In this document: piece after piece, positions 17,241-26,820 of the stretch
Layout: every line of letters begins with the position of its first letter
Position numbering within the stretch: the stretch's first letter is position 1
Origin: Candidatus Binatia bacterium
GTDB taxonomy: Bacteria; Desulfobacterota; Binatia; Bin18
DNA length: 40,982 nt
Assembly: GCA_025057295.1 (NCBI GenBank)
Contig: JANWXO010000004.1
Location: 1 to 40,982, forward strand
Direction of reading: 5' to 3'
Translations under genes and position numbers: made by a program
Notes under the pieces: model-generated
The model's input: the letters and a program-made list of their open reading frames with translations, nothing else
What the model was told of the DNA's origin: nothing
The model's database searches: none

Positions 17241-18503
17241 TCATTTGTTCGCCTTCTGTTGCTGAACTTCTTCTACCAGCCAGGCTCGGGGAGGTGACGC
17301 TGGAGCCTCTGTGTCGCTTCCCTCGAGTCTTGCAGGGAGAGGCTGTCCCAAGCCAGGCTTGGGTAGGAGTAGGAGCACACTGGTAGTGGTCAGGAGCACA
17401 TTGAGTCCCCCGCCACCCCAAAATGCTCCGTCAAGACTCAGGTGGCTGGCAATCATGCCGTAGACCGCTGGCCCCACCATCATACCGACGCCGTGCGCCA
17501 TCATGAGGAAGCTCATCACCGCTCCCATGCCATACCCGCGCGCGTGCTCTATCGCCAGGGCGGTGTGCGCCGGGAAGGCAACTCCATAGGCGACCCCGAC
17601 GAGGAGGTTCAACCCCAAAAGCTCCCAAAATCCAGTGGCAAAGGGAAACGCACCGAGGGCGAGAGCGCTGACCACGCCCCCCGTACCGAGCAAGCGCGCC
17701 TTCGATACACGGTCGGCCAAGCGGCCACAAGGGGCCTGCAGGAGCGTGCTGACCATAACATTACTGGAAATCAGCACCCCTACCTGGGTAGTTGTGAGAG
17801 GGAGCAAATGAGTCGCGAGCAGGGGGAGGAAAACCCATGTGAGCGCATTGGCGAGAGCATAGCCGAAACGAAAGCAGGCCACCGCAGCAATTGGTCGGGA
17901 CACCAGCAAGCGGTGCAAGGGAGCGGCCGCCTGGTGGGGATTGCTCTTGCCCCGCTGGATCCCCGGCAGGAACCACGCCAACAGGATCAGGGCAAGGAAA
18001 CTTAAGCTCCCCATTGTCCAAAAATTGGCCTGCATACCGAAGAGGTCCTTCACCACCCCGCCCAGGACCGGACCACCGGCAATCCCTCCCAATAAGGCCG
18101 TGTTGATGTAGCCACTGTACTTCCCTTCCTGTCCTGGGGGCGCGAGGTCTCCGACATACGCCGTCGCGACCGGGTGGACGACAGCCGTGGCCGTCCCGTG
18201 GACGACCATCAAGAGAAAAAAGGTGAGCAGACGGGTGGCCGGAATATACGCCAGAGAGGAGAGCGTGTAGCAACAAACGCCGATGAGCAGAAACGTCTTT
18301 CGCTCCCAGCGGTCCGACAGCGTGCCGACAAACGGCAGGATCAAGATGCGGGTGGCCGCATGCACGCTGAAGAGCAAGCCGGCTCCGAACTCACCAGCGC
18401 CGAACTGCTGCACGTATAACGGGAGAAACGGGACCACCATACTGTTCCCCACCATCGTGGCGAACACGGCCAGGCACAAAACCATGAGCGCGCGTGTATG
18501 CAT
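17241..18503 (-). CDS. MFS transporter
   Basis: About 12 hydrophobic segments, with MFS loop motifs GTLSDRWERK and GRLADRVSK. Confidence 0.88.
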   Translation of the reverse strand: MHTRALMVLCLAVFATMVGNSMVVPFLPLYVQQFGAGEFGAGLLFSVHAATRILILPFVGTLSDRWERKTFLLIGVCCYTLSSLAYIPATRLLTFFLLMVVHGTATAVVHPVATAYVGDLAPPGQEGKYSGYINTALLGGIAGGPVLGGVVKDLFGMQANFWTMGSLSFLALILLAWFLPGIQRGKSNPHQAAAPLHRLLVSRPIAAVACFRFGYALANALTWVFLPLLATHLLPLTTTQVGVLISSNVMVSTLLQAPCGRLADRVSKARLLGTGGVVSALALGAFPFATGFWELLGLNLLVGVAYGVAFPAHTALAIEHARGYGMGAVMSFLMMAHGVGMMVGPAVYGMIASHLSLDGAFWGGGGLNVLLTTTSVLLLLPKPGLGQPLPARLEGSDTEAPASPPRAWLVEEVQQQKANK

Positions 18504-18553
18504 GCCGCCGTTCTATAGGAACGGACAGTTTGTACAAGGTGCTCTCATCCCCA

Positions 18554-19357
18554 TCAGCGCAGCTGCGCGACAAAGAACACGCGCCGGAAGGGGAAGCAGG
18601 CGCCGTACGGTCCTTCTGGATAGGCAGCGCGCAGCTTCTCCCGGTACACCTCCAGAAATTGTGCCTGACGATCGTGGTCCAACCGGCTCAGAACCGGCCG
18701 CAGAGCCGTTCCCTTCATCCACTCCAAGACTGCATCTGGTCCCATCAGGACGTGGTAATAGGTCGTTTCCCACAGGTCCACTGTGCAGCCGAGCGCGTGG
18801 AGGGTGTCGGCATACCACAGAGGCGCCTCGACGAAATACCGTTCCGTCCATCCGCCCAGTGCGCTGCGCCAGGGTTCTTGGGCAACCACTTCGGCCAGAA
18901 GACGGTGCGAAGGGGCATCGCAGTTATACGGCATCTGGACTGCCAGCACGCCGCGCGGCGCGAGGAAGCTGACGAGACGAGGGAGTAGTGTGGCGTGATG
19001 GGGAACCCAGTGCAGCGCCGCATTGGCAATGATGCGATCGAGCAGCACGTCGGGTCGCCACTGCGCGAGGTCGGCTTGCACAAACCGGAGATGTGGGTGC
19101 ACGGGTAACGCCGCGGCCTGTGCGAGCATCTCCGGCGAGTGGTCCACACCCCAAATGTGCGCCTCGGGCCAACGGGTCAGCAGGGTATAGGTTAAGTTTC
19201 CGGGGCCGCAGCCGAGATCGGCAACAGCGCGCACCTCACCGTCCGGCACGCGCGCGAGCAGCTCGAAGAAGGGGCGCGACCGTTCGCGGCTGAACCGCTG
19301 ATACTGTTGGGGGTCCCAGTGCGCTGGGCCCCGCGCCAGCGAAGCACTCTCTGCCAT
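18554..19357 (-). CDS. tam: Trans-aconitate 2-methyltransferase family SAM-dependent methyltransferase
   Basis: WDPQQYQRF..ERSRPF, DLGCGPGN, ANAALHW, WMKGTALRP, FPFRRVF. Confidence 0.88.
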   Translation of the reverse strand: MAESASLARGPAHWDPQQYQRFSRERSRPFFELLARVPDGEVRAVADLGCGPGNLTYTLLTRWPEAHIWGVDHSPEMLAQAAALPVHPHLRFVQADLAQWRPDVLLDRIIANAALHWVPHHATLLPRLVSFLAPRGVLAVQMPYNCDAPSHRLLAEVVAQEPWRSALGGWTERYFVEAPLWYADTLHALGCTVDLWETTYYHVLMGPDAVLEWMKGTALRPVLSRLDHDRQAQFLEVYREKLRAAYPEGPYGACFPFRRVFFVAQLR

Positions 19358-19376
19358 CTTTACCGTGCAGCGCGGT

Positions 19377-20816
19377 TTACACCGCTGGCCGCGCGAGGAT
19401 ATCACCTGCTACCCGCCGTTTCAGCCACCGGCCGTCAGACGAACTCCCCACCAATTTGCCGTGCTCGACGATGACTTTCCCGCGCAAGATCGTCATCACC
19501 GGGTACCCGGCGCACTCGAACCCCTCCCAGATACTGTAGTCGGAGTCGGCATGGAGATCTGCAAGGGTGATCGTCTTTTTCAGGTGCGGATCGAACAGCA
19601 CCAAGTCGGCGTCGCTGCCGGGCTGGATCACGCCTTTCTGAGGGTAGAGGCCAAGAAGCTTCGCAGCGTTGGTGGAGGTGATCTCTACAAACCGCTGCAG
19701 CGACATCCCCCGCTCGGCGACAAACTTGGTGTAAGTCACCGGCAGGCGGGTCTCGATGCCGTTATGGCCGCCACAGACGGTCTCGATGGTGTCGCCCCAC
19801 AACTTCGGCTTCTTGTAGGTCGTGTACTCGTCCGTCGCGGTTGTCGCTAAGCGACCGTCCATCAGCCCGGCCAAGAGTGCGTCGCGATCCTCGGGATACT
19901 TCAGGGCGGGGTAGGTGTGGATCGCTGTGCCACCCGGTTTTTTGTAATCCTCGCAGGTGAAATGCAGGTAGTTATGCAGCGCTTCGCCATAGACCGGCTG
20001 GCCCTGGCTACGGGCCTCGGCAATGGCAGCGACCCCCTCCTTGGCCGTGGTGTGGACAAAGTACACAGCGACACCGGTGTGCTTTGCCAGACGGATAATG
20101 TTGCGGAAGGCGAGGTCCTCGGACAGATTGTTATGCACCAGGTGGAGATTGTAACCTTGGGCACGACCCTCGCGTTTGAGCTTCTCCGTCATGTAGCGGA
20201 CTATTTCATCCTCCTCAGCGTGGACCGCCATGATGGCACCGTGCTTGGCAACCTCGGCAAAGATGCTCCACAGGTGACCATACGGCACGCGAATGGGGTG
20301 AAAGGTGGTGAAAATTTTAAAGCTGGCAACCCCTTCCTGGACCGCTTCCCCGATCTCGCCCACTGTTTCCGGGGCCACTGCACCGGCCAGGATATAATGG
20401 AAGGTGAAGTCGGTATAGCAATGGGTACGGAACACCTCACGCCGCCGCTCCAATACCTGCATGATCGAGCTGCGCTCGCCCCCCTCGAGTGCCCTCAGAC
20501 TCAGGTCACCGGCGAAATCGACGATCGTCGTCACCCCGCCGAAGGCAGCGGCACGGCTGGCCGCCTCCGGCGGTTGGGTCATGACCTCAGGGAGCCCCGT
20601 CCATTGTTGGGGGACGGGGATACCGATGTGGGCGTGAGGCTCGATGCCGCCGGGCATCACGATCTTGCCGCGCGCATCGATGATGCGCCCTGCCTCCGCC
20701 GCCAGCGTGCCCGGCCAGCCCACGGCCACAATCTTCTCACCCTGGATGCCGACGTCCATTTCTGCGACCGTGTGAGGCGTGACGACCTGTCCCCCTTTAA
20801 TCAACAGATCGAACAT
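19377..20816 (-). CDS. Dihydropyrimidinase/hydantoinase-like cyclic amidohydrolase
   Basis: MFDLLIKGG, PGGIEPHAH, AAFGGVTTIVDF, SFKIF, VHAE, KGVIQPGSDADLVLFDP. AGGAGG RBS. Confidence 0.88.
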   Translation of the reverse strand: MFDLLIKGGQVVTPHTVAEMDVGIQGEKIVAVGWPGTLAAEAGRIIDARGKIVMPGGIEPHAHIGIPVPQQWTGLPEVMTQPPEAASRAAAFGGVTTIVDFAGDLSLRALEGGERSSIMQVLERRREVFRTHCYTDFTFHYILAGAVAPETVGEIGEAVQEGVASFKIFTTFHPIRVPYGHLWSIFAEVAKHGAIMAVHAEEDEIVRYMTEKLKREGRAQGYNLHLVHNNLSEDLAFRNIIRLAKHTGVAVYFVHTTAKEGVAAIAEARSQGQPVYGEALHNYLHFTCEDYKKPGGTAIHTYPALKYPEDRDALLAGLMDGRLATTATDEYTTYKKPKLWGDTIETVCGGHNGIETRLPVTYTKFVAERGMSLQRFVEITSTNAAKLLGLYPQKGVIQPGSDADLVLFDPHLKKTITLADLHADSDYSIWEGFECAGYPVMTILRGKVIVEHGKLVGSSSDGRWLKRRVAGDILARPAV

Positions 20817-20899
20817 GGTTCCCACCTCCTTTTCTCGCTTCTGGCCTCTCGCTTATAACCCAGGGCAGCGGCGGAACGCCAGAGCGGAAGCCAGCGGGT

Positions 20900-22831
20900 C
20901 TAATTGAACAACAGGAGATGACAGCTCGGCGGCAGGCGGCGGGTGAGGCCGTTGACGACGTGCCCGCGCAGCAGGTGATAGATGGCGCTCCGGCGGCTGA
21001 CGCCCATCATCACCGTATCGACTTCCAGGATCTCCGCTGCGCGCGCGATCGCTTCGGCGGCGTTGTACGACACAGTCCAGACAGGGATCAGCTCAAATCC
21101 TTGTCGTTGTGCTGCCTTGGCGGCAAACCGCAAAGTGATGATCCCCTCCTCGTCCGGCTGTTGCGCCTCGGTGCCGACGAACAGCCCTGGCCGTTCCTCG
21201 ACGTACAAGGCATAAATCACATTCCCTCCCCAGCCTTTTTCGCGGGCAATCGCCTCGTCGATCAGCCGTAAATTCCGTCCCCGCACGGCCACCAGGGTGC
21301 GCGAGGGATACAGAGGGAGGAGCTCAGACGCTTCGCTCAAACTGACTAAATGAGGAATCTCTTCGGCCTCCCGCTCGGCTTCCAGAATCCGTCGGCTGGT
21401 CAGCCGGGCAACCAGAGGAATCCCATAGAATAGATCGGCAAAGCGTCCCTGTTGGGCGGTAACCGAGATGAGCATCCCGACCGCCACCAGGGCACCGCCG
21501 AAGATAGTCGCATGGAATTTTTCTACGATATTCACGGCCCAGGCCACTGCGACCATGCCCGTGGTCAACACCCCTATCCAAAAACCGACATGACGCTGCC
21601 GCAACCGCCAGCGGATCATATCGAGGCCAGCCGAACTCATGACAAAGGCGCCCAAGAGACCAAAGACATAGAGGTCGGCAAGGACTTCAAGGTGAGCTTG
21701 GGTCGCGATCACCACCGCGATGGGGATGAACGTCGCCACGCCGATCGCTAAATGAGGGGTCCCGAAGCGCCGATTGCGCCAGGTAATGGCCTGGGGGAAA
21801 AATCCGCCGCTGGCCAACGCCAGAAAGACGTGGTACGCACCGATGATCCCGGTATTGGCGGCAAACAGGAGGAGGACAGAAGCGGTTCCCACCACTGCCA
21901 ACTCTACTGGCACCCCGCCCCACATCGCCCCCAAGTGCGAGATGAAACGCTCGGGCTCCTGCACTTTGAGCGGATCAGGGAGCAAGGCCACAGAAAAGAG
22001 GGACAGCAACGGTGAGGTGCAGAGGATCGAGACCACAACGAGGATCATCCCGTTCCGCGCAGTCGATTTAATCGGCGCCCGCATCGCAGGGCTCAGTTGA
22101 CTGATGCTCTCGAGCCCAGAAAAGGCCAGCCAGGCACCGGCAAAGCCGACCAGGAACGTGTACCAAGAAACCTCCTGGCCAAGCGTCACATGGCGGAGAA
22201 TCGTCTCCCACTCGGGCGGTCCGATCGAGACCACAGTGACACCGATCACGACCAGATCCACCAGCAAAGCTGCTACTGCCATCGTCAGGGACAGCAGCGC
22301 ACTCTCACGAATCCCGATGATATTGATCGTCGCCAGGAAAATCAGCGCGCCGACTGTGGAAGTGACGATGTAGGTCCGCAGTGGCGGGAAGATCGTCGCC
22401 AGGTAGTGTAGTCCTGACACGGAAGAGATGGCGATGGTGAAGAAATAGCTCACCAGAATCAGAAAGCCACCAAAGACTCCCCAGCGCGGGGTAAAGGCCT
22501 TGGTTGCCACCGATACCACTCCTCCACCTTCAGGGTTCCGCCAGCAGATCTCCTGATACTTCACCGCGAGAGGGACGAAACCAATCACGGTCGCGATGAT
22601 AAACAGCGGGGCCAGCGCGCCGACCTGGGAGTGGAGGATACCGGGAACGTAATAGACCGAGGTGCCGATGTCGCAAAAGACGACGGCCCACACCAGCAAG
22701 GGAGAAAGCTGCCGGGGCTGTGGTTCGCTCGAACGCCGTGGGGAAGGGGGAACTGTGGGGCTCAGTGGGGCTCGATCTGCTTCCTCACCGTTCCCACTGG
22801 CCGATCCTACCGGAAACTGCTGGCGAGCCAT
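20900..22831 (-). CDS. APC family amino-acid permease with C-terminal universal stress (USP) domain
   Basis: DIGTSVYY, NPEGGG, AFSGLESI and multiple TM segments. C-terminal AEAIARAAEILEVDTVMMGVSRR...LRGHV (USP-like). Confidence 0.88.
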   Translation of the reverse strand: MARQQFPVGSASGNGEEADRAPLSPTVPPSPRRSSEPQPRQLSPLLVWAVVFCDIGTSVYYVPGILHSQVGALAPLFIIATVIGFVPLAVKYQEICWRNPEGGGVVSVATKAFTPRWGVFGGFLILVSYFFTIAISSVSGLHYLATIFPPLRTYIVTSTVGALIFLATINIIGIRESALLSLTMAVAALLVDLVVIGVTVVSIGPPEWETILRHVTLGQEVSWYTFLVGFAGAWLAFSGLESISQLSPAMRAPIKSTARNGMILVVVSILCTSPLLSLFSVALLPDPLKVQEPERFISHLGAMWGGVPVELAVVGTASVLLLFAANTGIIGAYHVFLALASGGFFPQAITWRNRRFGTPHLAIGVATFIPIAVVIATQAHLEVLADLYVFGLLGAFVMSSAGLDMIRWRLRQRHVGFWIGVLTTGMVAVAWAVNIVEKFHATIFGGALVAVGMLISVTAQQGRFADLFYGIPLVARLTSRRILEAEREAEEIPHLVSLSEASELLPLYPSRTLVAVRGRNLRLIDEAIAREKGWGGNVIYALYVEERPGLFVGTEAQQPDEEGIITLRFAAKAAQRQGFELIPVWTVSYNAAEAIARAAEILEVDTVMMGVSRRSAIYHLLRGHVVNGLTRRLPPSCHLLLFN

Positions 22832-23110
22832 GTGCCACTCTTAGCCCACGCGAGCTAGGCCGCTTTTGCGTCCCTCAACGTATCCCGTCTCACACGGCAT
22901 GCTCCGCTCCAGCAGGGTGAACAGCCGGTCACGTGTTCTGTCATAAGGGCGGAAACGGTTCTGCAGCGGGGGGAAAGAACCACACGCGTGGACGCGCGCT
23001 CACGGAGCGTTCAGGAAGCAGAGAGTCCAGGGAGGAACCTCGGTTCATCTACGCTTACTCTCTCGTTAGTATAAAGAAAAGATATTCTGCTCGACAAGAG
23101 GACGGCGCGT

Positions 23111-24559
23111 ATGAAATACGGCAAGCGCAAAATGTTGATCGCTGGCGAATGGACCGAAGGCAGCACAGGGGAGACCTTCCCGACGATCGACCCCGCAACC
23201 CGCGAGGTGCTGGCGGAGGTCGCCCGCGGCACGGCAGCGGATATCGACCAGGCGGTCGAGGCCGCCAGGCGAGCGCTGCACCATCCGACATGGGCCGGAC
23301 TGCCGCACGCGGCCAGGGGACGGTTGCTCTACCGCATTGCGGCGCTGATCCGTACGCATGCAGAGGAGCTGGCGGAGATGGAAACCCTGGACTGTGGCAA
23401 GCCACTGAGCCAGTCCCGCGCCGATATGGAAACCGCCGCCCAATACTTCGAGTACTACGCCGGCGTGGCCGATAAACTGTTCGGCACCACCATCCCGATC
23501 AGCCCCCAATACTTCGACTACACAGTCCGCGAACCCATCGGGGTAACGGCACACATCGTCCCCTGGAACTTCCCCCTGGCCATCGCCTGCCGTGGCGTCG
23601 CCCCGGCACTGGCGGCGGGAAATACCGTGGTGCTCAAACCGGCTGAACAGACTCCACTGACGGCCCTACGGCTCGGCGAACTGGCGATGGAAGCGGGGCT
23701 GCCTCCTGGCGTGCTCAACATCGTGCCGGGCTTCGGTCACGATGCCGGTGCGCATCTAGCTGGACACCCCCACATCAATCACGTGACGTTCACCGGCTCG
23801 GTCGAAACCGGCATTGCCGTCATGAAAGCTGCCGCCAACAACGTTGTCCCTGTCACCCTGGAGCTCGGCGGCAAATCGCCCAATATCGTGTTCGCCGATG
23901 CCCGCTTCGAGGACGCGATCGCCGGAGCGATGAAGGCGATCTTTTCCAACGCCGGACAGGTGTGTTCGGCGGGGTCGCGTCTCCTGGTGCAGCAGGAGAT
24001 CCACGACCGCTTCGTCCAGGAACTGGCGCGCCGCACTGCCACGCTGCGCCTCGGTGCCGGCCTGGAGGATCCCGACCTGGGACCGCTGGTCTCGGAAGAG
24101 CAGTTCCAGCGCGTGTTGCACTACATCGACCTCGGCAAACGAGAAGGGGCACAGGTGGTCATCGGCGGTGAACCTGCGACCGAAGGACCCTTGCGCCAAG
24201 GCTTCTTCGTCAAACCGACCCTGTTCGACGCCGTGCGCAGCGAGATGCGCATCGCCCAGGAAGAGATCTTCGGTCCCGTCTTATCGATCCTGCCCTTCCG
24301 GGACGCGGAAGAGGCCGTGGCGATTGCCAACGATGTCAGCTACGGGCTCGTCGCCGCCATCTGGACACGGGATATCGGCACTGCGCATCGCCTAGCCGCG
24401 CAGATCAAAGCCGGCCAGATCTTCATCAACAACTATTTCGGTGGAGGCGTCGCTACTCCCTTCGGTGGCTACAAGAAGAGCGGATTCGGACGGGAGAAGG
24501 GCATCGAAGCGCTCCAGTCATACACGCAGGTCAAGAACGTGTGCGTGACGTTGGATTGA
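23111..24559 (+). CDS. NAD(P)-dependent aldehyde dehydrogenase
   Basis: [46 protein letters not shown]. Confidence 0.95.
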   Translation: MKYGKRKMLIAGEWTEGSTGETFPTIDPATREVLAEVARGTAADIDQAVEAARRALHHPTWAGLPHAARGRLLYRIAALIRTHAEELAEMETLDCGKPLSQSRADMETAAQYFEYYAGVADKLFGTTIPISPQYFDYTVREPIGVTAHIVPWNFPLAIACRGVAPALAAGNTVVLKPAEQTPLTALRLGELAMEAGLPPGVLNIVPGFGHDAGAHLAGHPHINHVTFTGSVETGIAVMKAAANNVVPVTLELGGKSPNIVFADARFEDAIAGAMKAIFSNAGQVCSAGSRLLVQQEIHDRFVQELARRTATLRLGAGLEDPDLGPLVSEEQFQRVLHYIDLGKREGAQVVIGGEPATEGPLRQGFFVKPTLFDAVRSEMRIAQEEIFGPVLSILPFRDAEEAVAIANDVSYGLVAAIWTRDIGTAHRLAAQIKAGQIFINNYFGGGVATPFGGYKKSGFGREKGIEALQSYTQVKNVCVTLD

Positions 24560-24577
24560 CAGACCGGCTAGAACTCG

Positions 24578-25152
24578 CGGCAAGAAATAAAACGCCACGG
24601 CGAGGATCACATAGACGGCCAATAATTGCACTCCCTCCATCCAGTGCGACTCCCCGTCCACTGCCACGAGGCTGACGATGCCTACCGTCAGCGTCACGAC
24701 CTCGAACGTGGTGAACAACAGGGGTTGGCCGAACAGGTCGCCGAGAAAGACGAGGAGCGGCGCGACAAAGCGCGCGATCTGGATACTCGAGCCGATCGTT
24801 CAGGGCCAGGTCCATCTGATTCTTCGCCGCCACCAGAATCGCCGTACCGTGCTCGGCCGCGTTGCCGATGATGGCAACGAGAATGACATCAACGTCCGTC
24901 ATGCCAAACGTTCGTGCTGTGTGCTCCACCGCGCCGACCAGAAACTCGCTCATGAGGGCTACCAATGCCGTGGCGACGAGCCAGGTCACCACCGACCGCA
25001 CCTTCCCGTAACTCCAAGGACGTCGTCCTTCCCGTGAATGGCCTGACCCGGGTACAAACGCGATGCGGATGCGTCCGTAAGGAGAACAGCAGGCTAAAGA
25101 GGGAGGTCACAAACAAGACAATAGCGATCTCCAAACTGAGTTCGTGTTCATG
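24578..25152 (-). pseudogene. Ca2+/H+ antiporter (CAX/ChaA family) remnant, C-terminal half only, frameshifted
   Basis: Fragments in three frames: [12 protein letters not shown]...FSLRTH; LMSEFLVG...IIGNAAEH...KNQMDLAL; [13 protein letters not shown]...[21 protein letters not shown]. Confidence 0.85.
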
Positions 25153-25188
25153 GGCAACCGGACTGCCGCGCGCGTTTTTTCCCGCAAA

Positions 25189-25217
25189 TTGACGGACACT
25201 CCTTTTTTGTTTGTAAT
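25189..25217 (+). promoter_or_regulatory. Putative sigma70-type promoter for the TcuA-like gene
   Basis: TTGACG-N17-TGTAAT, ~30 nt before the ATG. Confidence 0.5.
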
Positions 25218-25245
25218 GCAATGACACAGCAAGGAGGGCTCACCC

Positions 25246-26763
25246 ATGCCACACCCACAGGGGATTATCGATGTCATCGTTGTCGGCGCAGGAAATGCGG
25301 CGCTGACCGCCGCCATTGCTGCACGCGCCGAGGGCGCACGGGTGCTGGTCCTGGAGAAAGCCCCAAGAGAACTCCGCGGTGGGAATACCCGTTTCACCGG
25401 CGGTCTCTTTCGCTGTACCTACAACGGCATCGCGGATTTGGTACCGATCGTGCGCGCGCACGACGATCCGACAACTGTTACGGTCGAACCCTATACGCGT
25501 TCCGATTATCTCAAAGACATCGAGCGCACCACCGGCGGGCAGGCCGATCGCGTGCTGAGCGAGGTTCTGGTCGACCGTTCATACGAGACCGTGCGCTGGA
25601 TGGCGGACCTTGGGGTGCCGTGGGAGTTCAACCGCGCCGTGGGAGCGGTCCCGATCGCAGGCACGGCAACGGTCAAACTCCCTTTCGGTGGAGCGCTCCG
25701 TGTCAAAGGTGAAGGGGTAGTGTTGTCCGCCACCCTCTTCCAATTGGCCGAAGAGGCCGGGGTTGAGATTCTCTACGAAACCCAGGCGCAACGCATTCTG
25801 ACCGCAACCAATGGACGCATCGAGGGGGTCGAAGTACGCAGACCCGAGGGAATCAATCTGTTGCCTTGTCGCGCCCTCGTGCTGGCCAGTGGCGGTTTTC
25901 AGGCGAACCCGGAAATGCGCACTGCCTATCTCGGTCCCGACTGGAGTCTCGTAAGGGTCCGGGGCACCCGCTTTAATACCGGCGAGATGCTCCGCGCCGC
26001 TCTGACTGTGGGCGCGCAGAGTTATGGCGAATGGTCAGGCTGCCACGCCACGCCGATCGACGCCGAGGCGCCGATGTACGGCGAGCTCCGCCTTACCGAC
26101 CGCACCAACCGCCTCTCGTATCCCTTTTCGATCATGGTGAATTTAGACGGCGAGCGGTTCGTCGACGAGGGGGAAGATTTTCCCCTGTACACGTATGCGA
26201 AAATGGGACGAGCAGTGCTCAAACAGCGCGGGGCACTGGCGTTCCAGATCTTCGACCGCAAGACCATCCCTCTGCTGGAAACCCGCTACAACACTGGGAC
26301 CCCTATCGTTGCCGACACGTTGGCCGCATTGGCGGAGCGTATTGTGGCACGCTACCGCCTGCACGGCTTCCGCAAGACAACCTTTCTCCACACCGTGGAA
26401 GCCTATAACGCCGCTGTGCAGGCAGGTCCCTTCAATCCTACCATTCTCGACGGCAAACGGACGATGGGGCTGCGTCCCGAGAAAACCAACTGGGCAACGC
26501 GCCTCGACGAGCCGCCCTTCTACGCCTATCCAGTCACCGTCGGGATCACGTTCACGTTCGGGGGCATCCGCATCAACGCCGATGCTGCTGTTGTCGATTA
26601 CCTAGACCGTCCGATCCCGGGGTTGTTTGCCACGGGAGAGATCACAGGTGGCTTCTTTTACGCGAACTATCCAGGCGGGGCCGGGCTCATGCGGGGTGCC
26701 GTGTTTGGTCGGCTCGCCGGCACGCACGCCGCCCGGTTCGCACGGGAAGCGTCCGCTGGATAA
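25246..26763 (+). CDS. FAD-dependent oxidoreductase, tricarballylate dehydrogenase TcuA-like
   Basis: DVIVVGAGNAA, RGGNTRFT, GGFQANPEMR, VRGTRFNTG, WSGCHA, GITFTFGG, NYPGGAGLMRGAVFGR. Confidence 0.88.
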   Translation: MPHPQGIIDVIVVGAGNAALTAAIAARAEGARVLVLEKAPRELRGGNTRFTGGLFRCTYNGIADLVPIVRAHDDPTTVTVEPYTRSDYLKDIERTTGGQADRVLSEVLVDRSYETVRWMADLGVPWEFNRAVGAVPIAGTATVKLPFGGALRVKGEGVVLSATLFQLAEEAGVEILYETQAQRILTATNGRIEGVEVRRPEGINLLPCRALVLASGGFQANPEMRTAYLGPDWSLVRVRGTRFNTGEMLRAALTVGAQSYGEWSGCHATPIDAEAPMYGELRLTDRTNRLSYPFSIMVNLDGERFVDEGEDFPLYTYAKMGRAVLKQRGALAFQIFDRKTIPLLETRYNTGTPIVADTLAALAERIVARYRLHGFRKTTFLHTVEAYNAAVQAGPFNPTILDGKRTMGLRPEKTNWATRLDEPPFYAYPVTVGITFTFGGIRINADAAVVDYLDRPIPGLFATGEITGGFFYANYPGGAGLMRGAVFGRLAGTHAARFAREASAG

Positions 26764-26787
26764 TAGAATTGCCACAAAAATAACCAC

Positions 26788-26817
26788 TTTACTTTCGCTC
26801 TGGCCTGTCGATATGAT
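26788..26817 (+). promoter_or_regulatory. Putative sigma70-type promoter abutting the metH start
   Basis: TTTACT-N18-TATGAT. The -10 ends 3 nt before ATG 26821 and 9 nt before ATG 26827. Confidence 0.4.
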
Positions 26818-26820
26818 GAC

